6,987 bases of DNA from Octopus sinensis (taxonomy: Eukaryota). Positions 6,190 to 6,987 of the stretch are shown piece after piece. A program made the position numbers and the translations under genes. A model generated the notes under the pieces. It had not been told where the DNA came from. It ran no database searches and worked only from the letters and a program-made list of their open reading frames with translations. Each line of letters opens with the position of its first letter. The stretch's first letter is position 1. Where the stretch lies: assembly GCF_006345805.1 (NCBI RefSeq), contig NW_021829012.1:1-6987 (forward strand), written 5' to 3'.

Positions 6190-6560
6190 GTACACATGTC
6201 GCGTGTGTTTATATGTTTATGTGTGTGTGTTTGTGTGTGTGTGTGTTTGTGTTGTGTGTGTGTTTGTGCTTGTCTTTGTGTGTTTGTATGTGTGTTTGTG
6301 TGTGTGAGAGTGTATATGTTTGGTGTGTGTGTGTGCCTGTATGTCTGTGTGTCTCTATGTGTGTGTGTGTGTGTGTGTGTTTTGTGTGGACGGTTGCATG
6401 TGGTGCATATATCTTTGTGTGCATATCTCATGTGCAGGTGTGTATAATTATATATGTGTCTCTACGTATATATATATATATACATATGTGTGTGTGTATT
6501 TGTATAGAATTACATATATAAACAAGTGTATATAAATACACACACACATACACAGACACA
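6190..6560. repeat. Cryptic (TG)n/(TA)n/(CA)n microsatellite region
   Basis: Direct reading; source of the Val-Cys and His-Thr ORFs. Confidence 0.93.
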
Positions 6561-6754
6561 TACAAACAGTGTTTAATTTTTTATAAGTTATATGCGGATA
6601 TGGTGTGTTTAAAAGCTTGTGTGTGTTTAAAAAGATATTAGATGAAAAACGTTGGGAGAGCGAGGAAGAGGGAGATTTAAACGTGAAGCAAAGGAAAGAG
6701 AGAGAAAGGAGGGGTTGTAGTAGAAAGTATATTGATAAGAGAGATATAAAGGAA

Positions 6755-6756
6755 GA

Positions 6757-6787
<31 letters not shown>

Positions 6788-6987
6788 TAGTTAGAGCGAA
6801 TATAGGTGTGGAGTAGAGGGGGAGAGGGGGAGAGGGAAATAGAGAGACAGAGAATGTGAGGGAGAGAGAGTGGAAGGAAGAGAAAGAAAGAGAGAATAAG
6901 AAAGGTAGAAAATGGTATGTGAGGTTTGGAGATGGCATGAAGGAATGAGTATGATGGAGTAGAGTGAAGATCGAAGGGCAAAGAAGA
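6755..6987. repeat. (GA)n microsatellite grading into a purine-rich low-complexity tract
   Basis: gagagagaga 6755-6781, then a GA-rich tract to the window end. Confidence 0.9.

Noticed and set aside
5915-6981. ORFs from 5915 to 6981 on both strands
   Set aside because: Mostly TG/GA repeat translations; the two short ORFs at 5915-6136 resemble nothing I recognise.

Overview
AT-rich eukaryotic non-coding DNA, most likely from an octopus or other cephalopod. That call rests on my recollection of the SINE families and the microsatellite load and is not database-verified. No complete protein-coding gene is supported, and nearly all ORFs in the track are translations of (CAT)n, (TG)n, (TA)n or (GA)n repeats. 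Contents: (1) a cluster of one tRNA-derived SINE superfamily at 1484-3269, with two monomers, two copies of a dimeric form and one inverted fragment, and signs of repeated insertion at one target motif; (2) two fragments of a second, CORE-like SINE; (3) the 3' end of a mariner transposon (transposase C-terminus, TIR, TA); (4) a ~430-bp element between (TA)n arrays with a 108-bp near-perfect inverted repeat and a minimal type I hammerhead ribozyme motif, as seen in Penelope-like elements, which is the most notable feature; (5) a candidate minus-strand terminal exon at 283-379 and a candidate CCAAT-box promoter near 6100.
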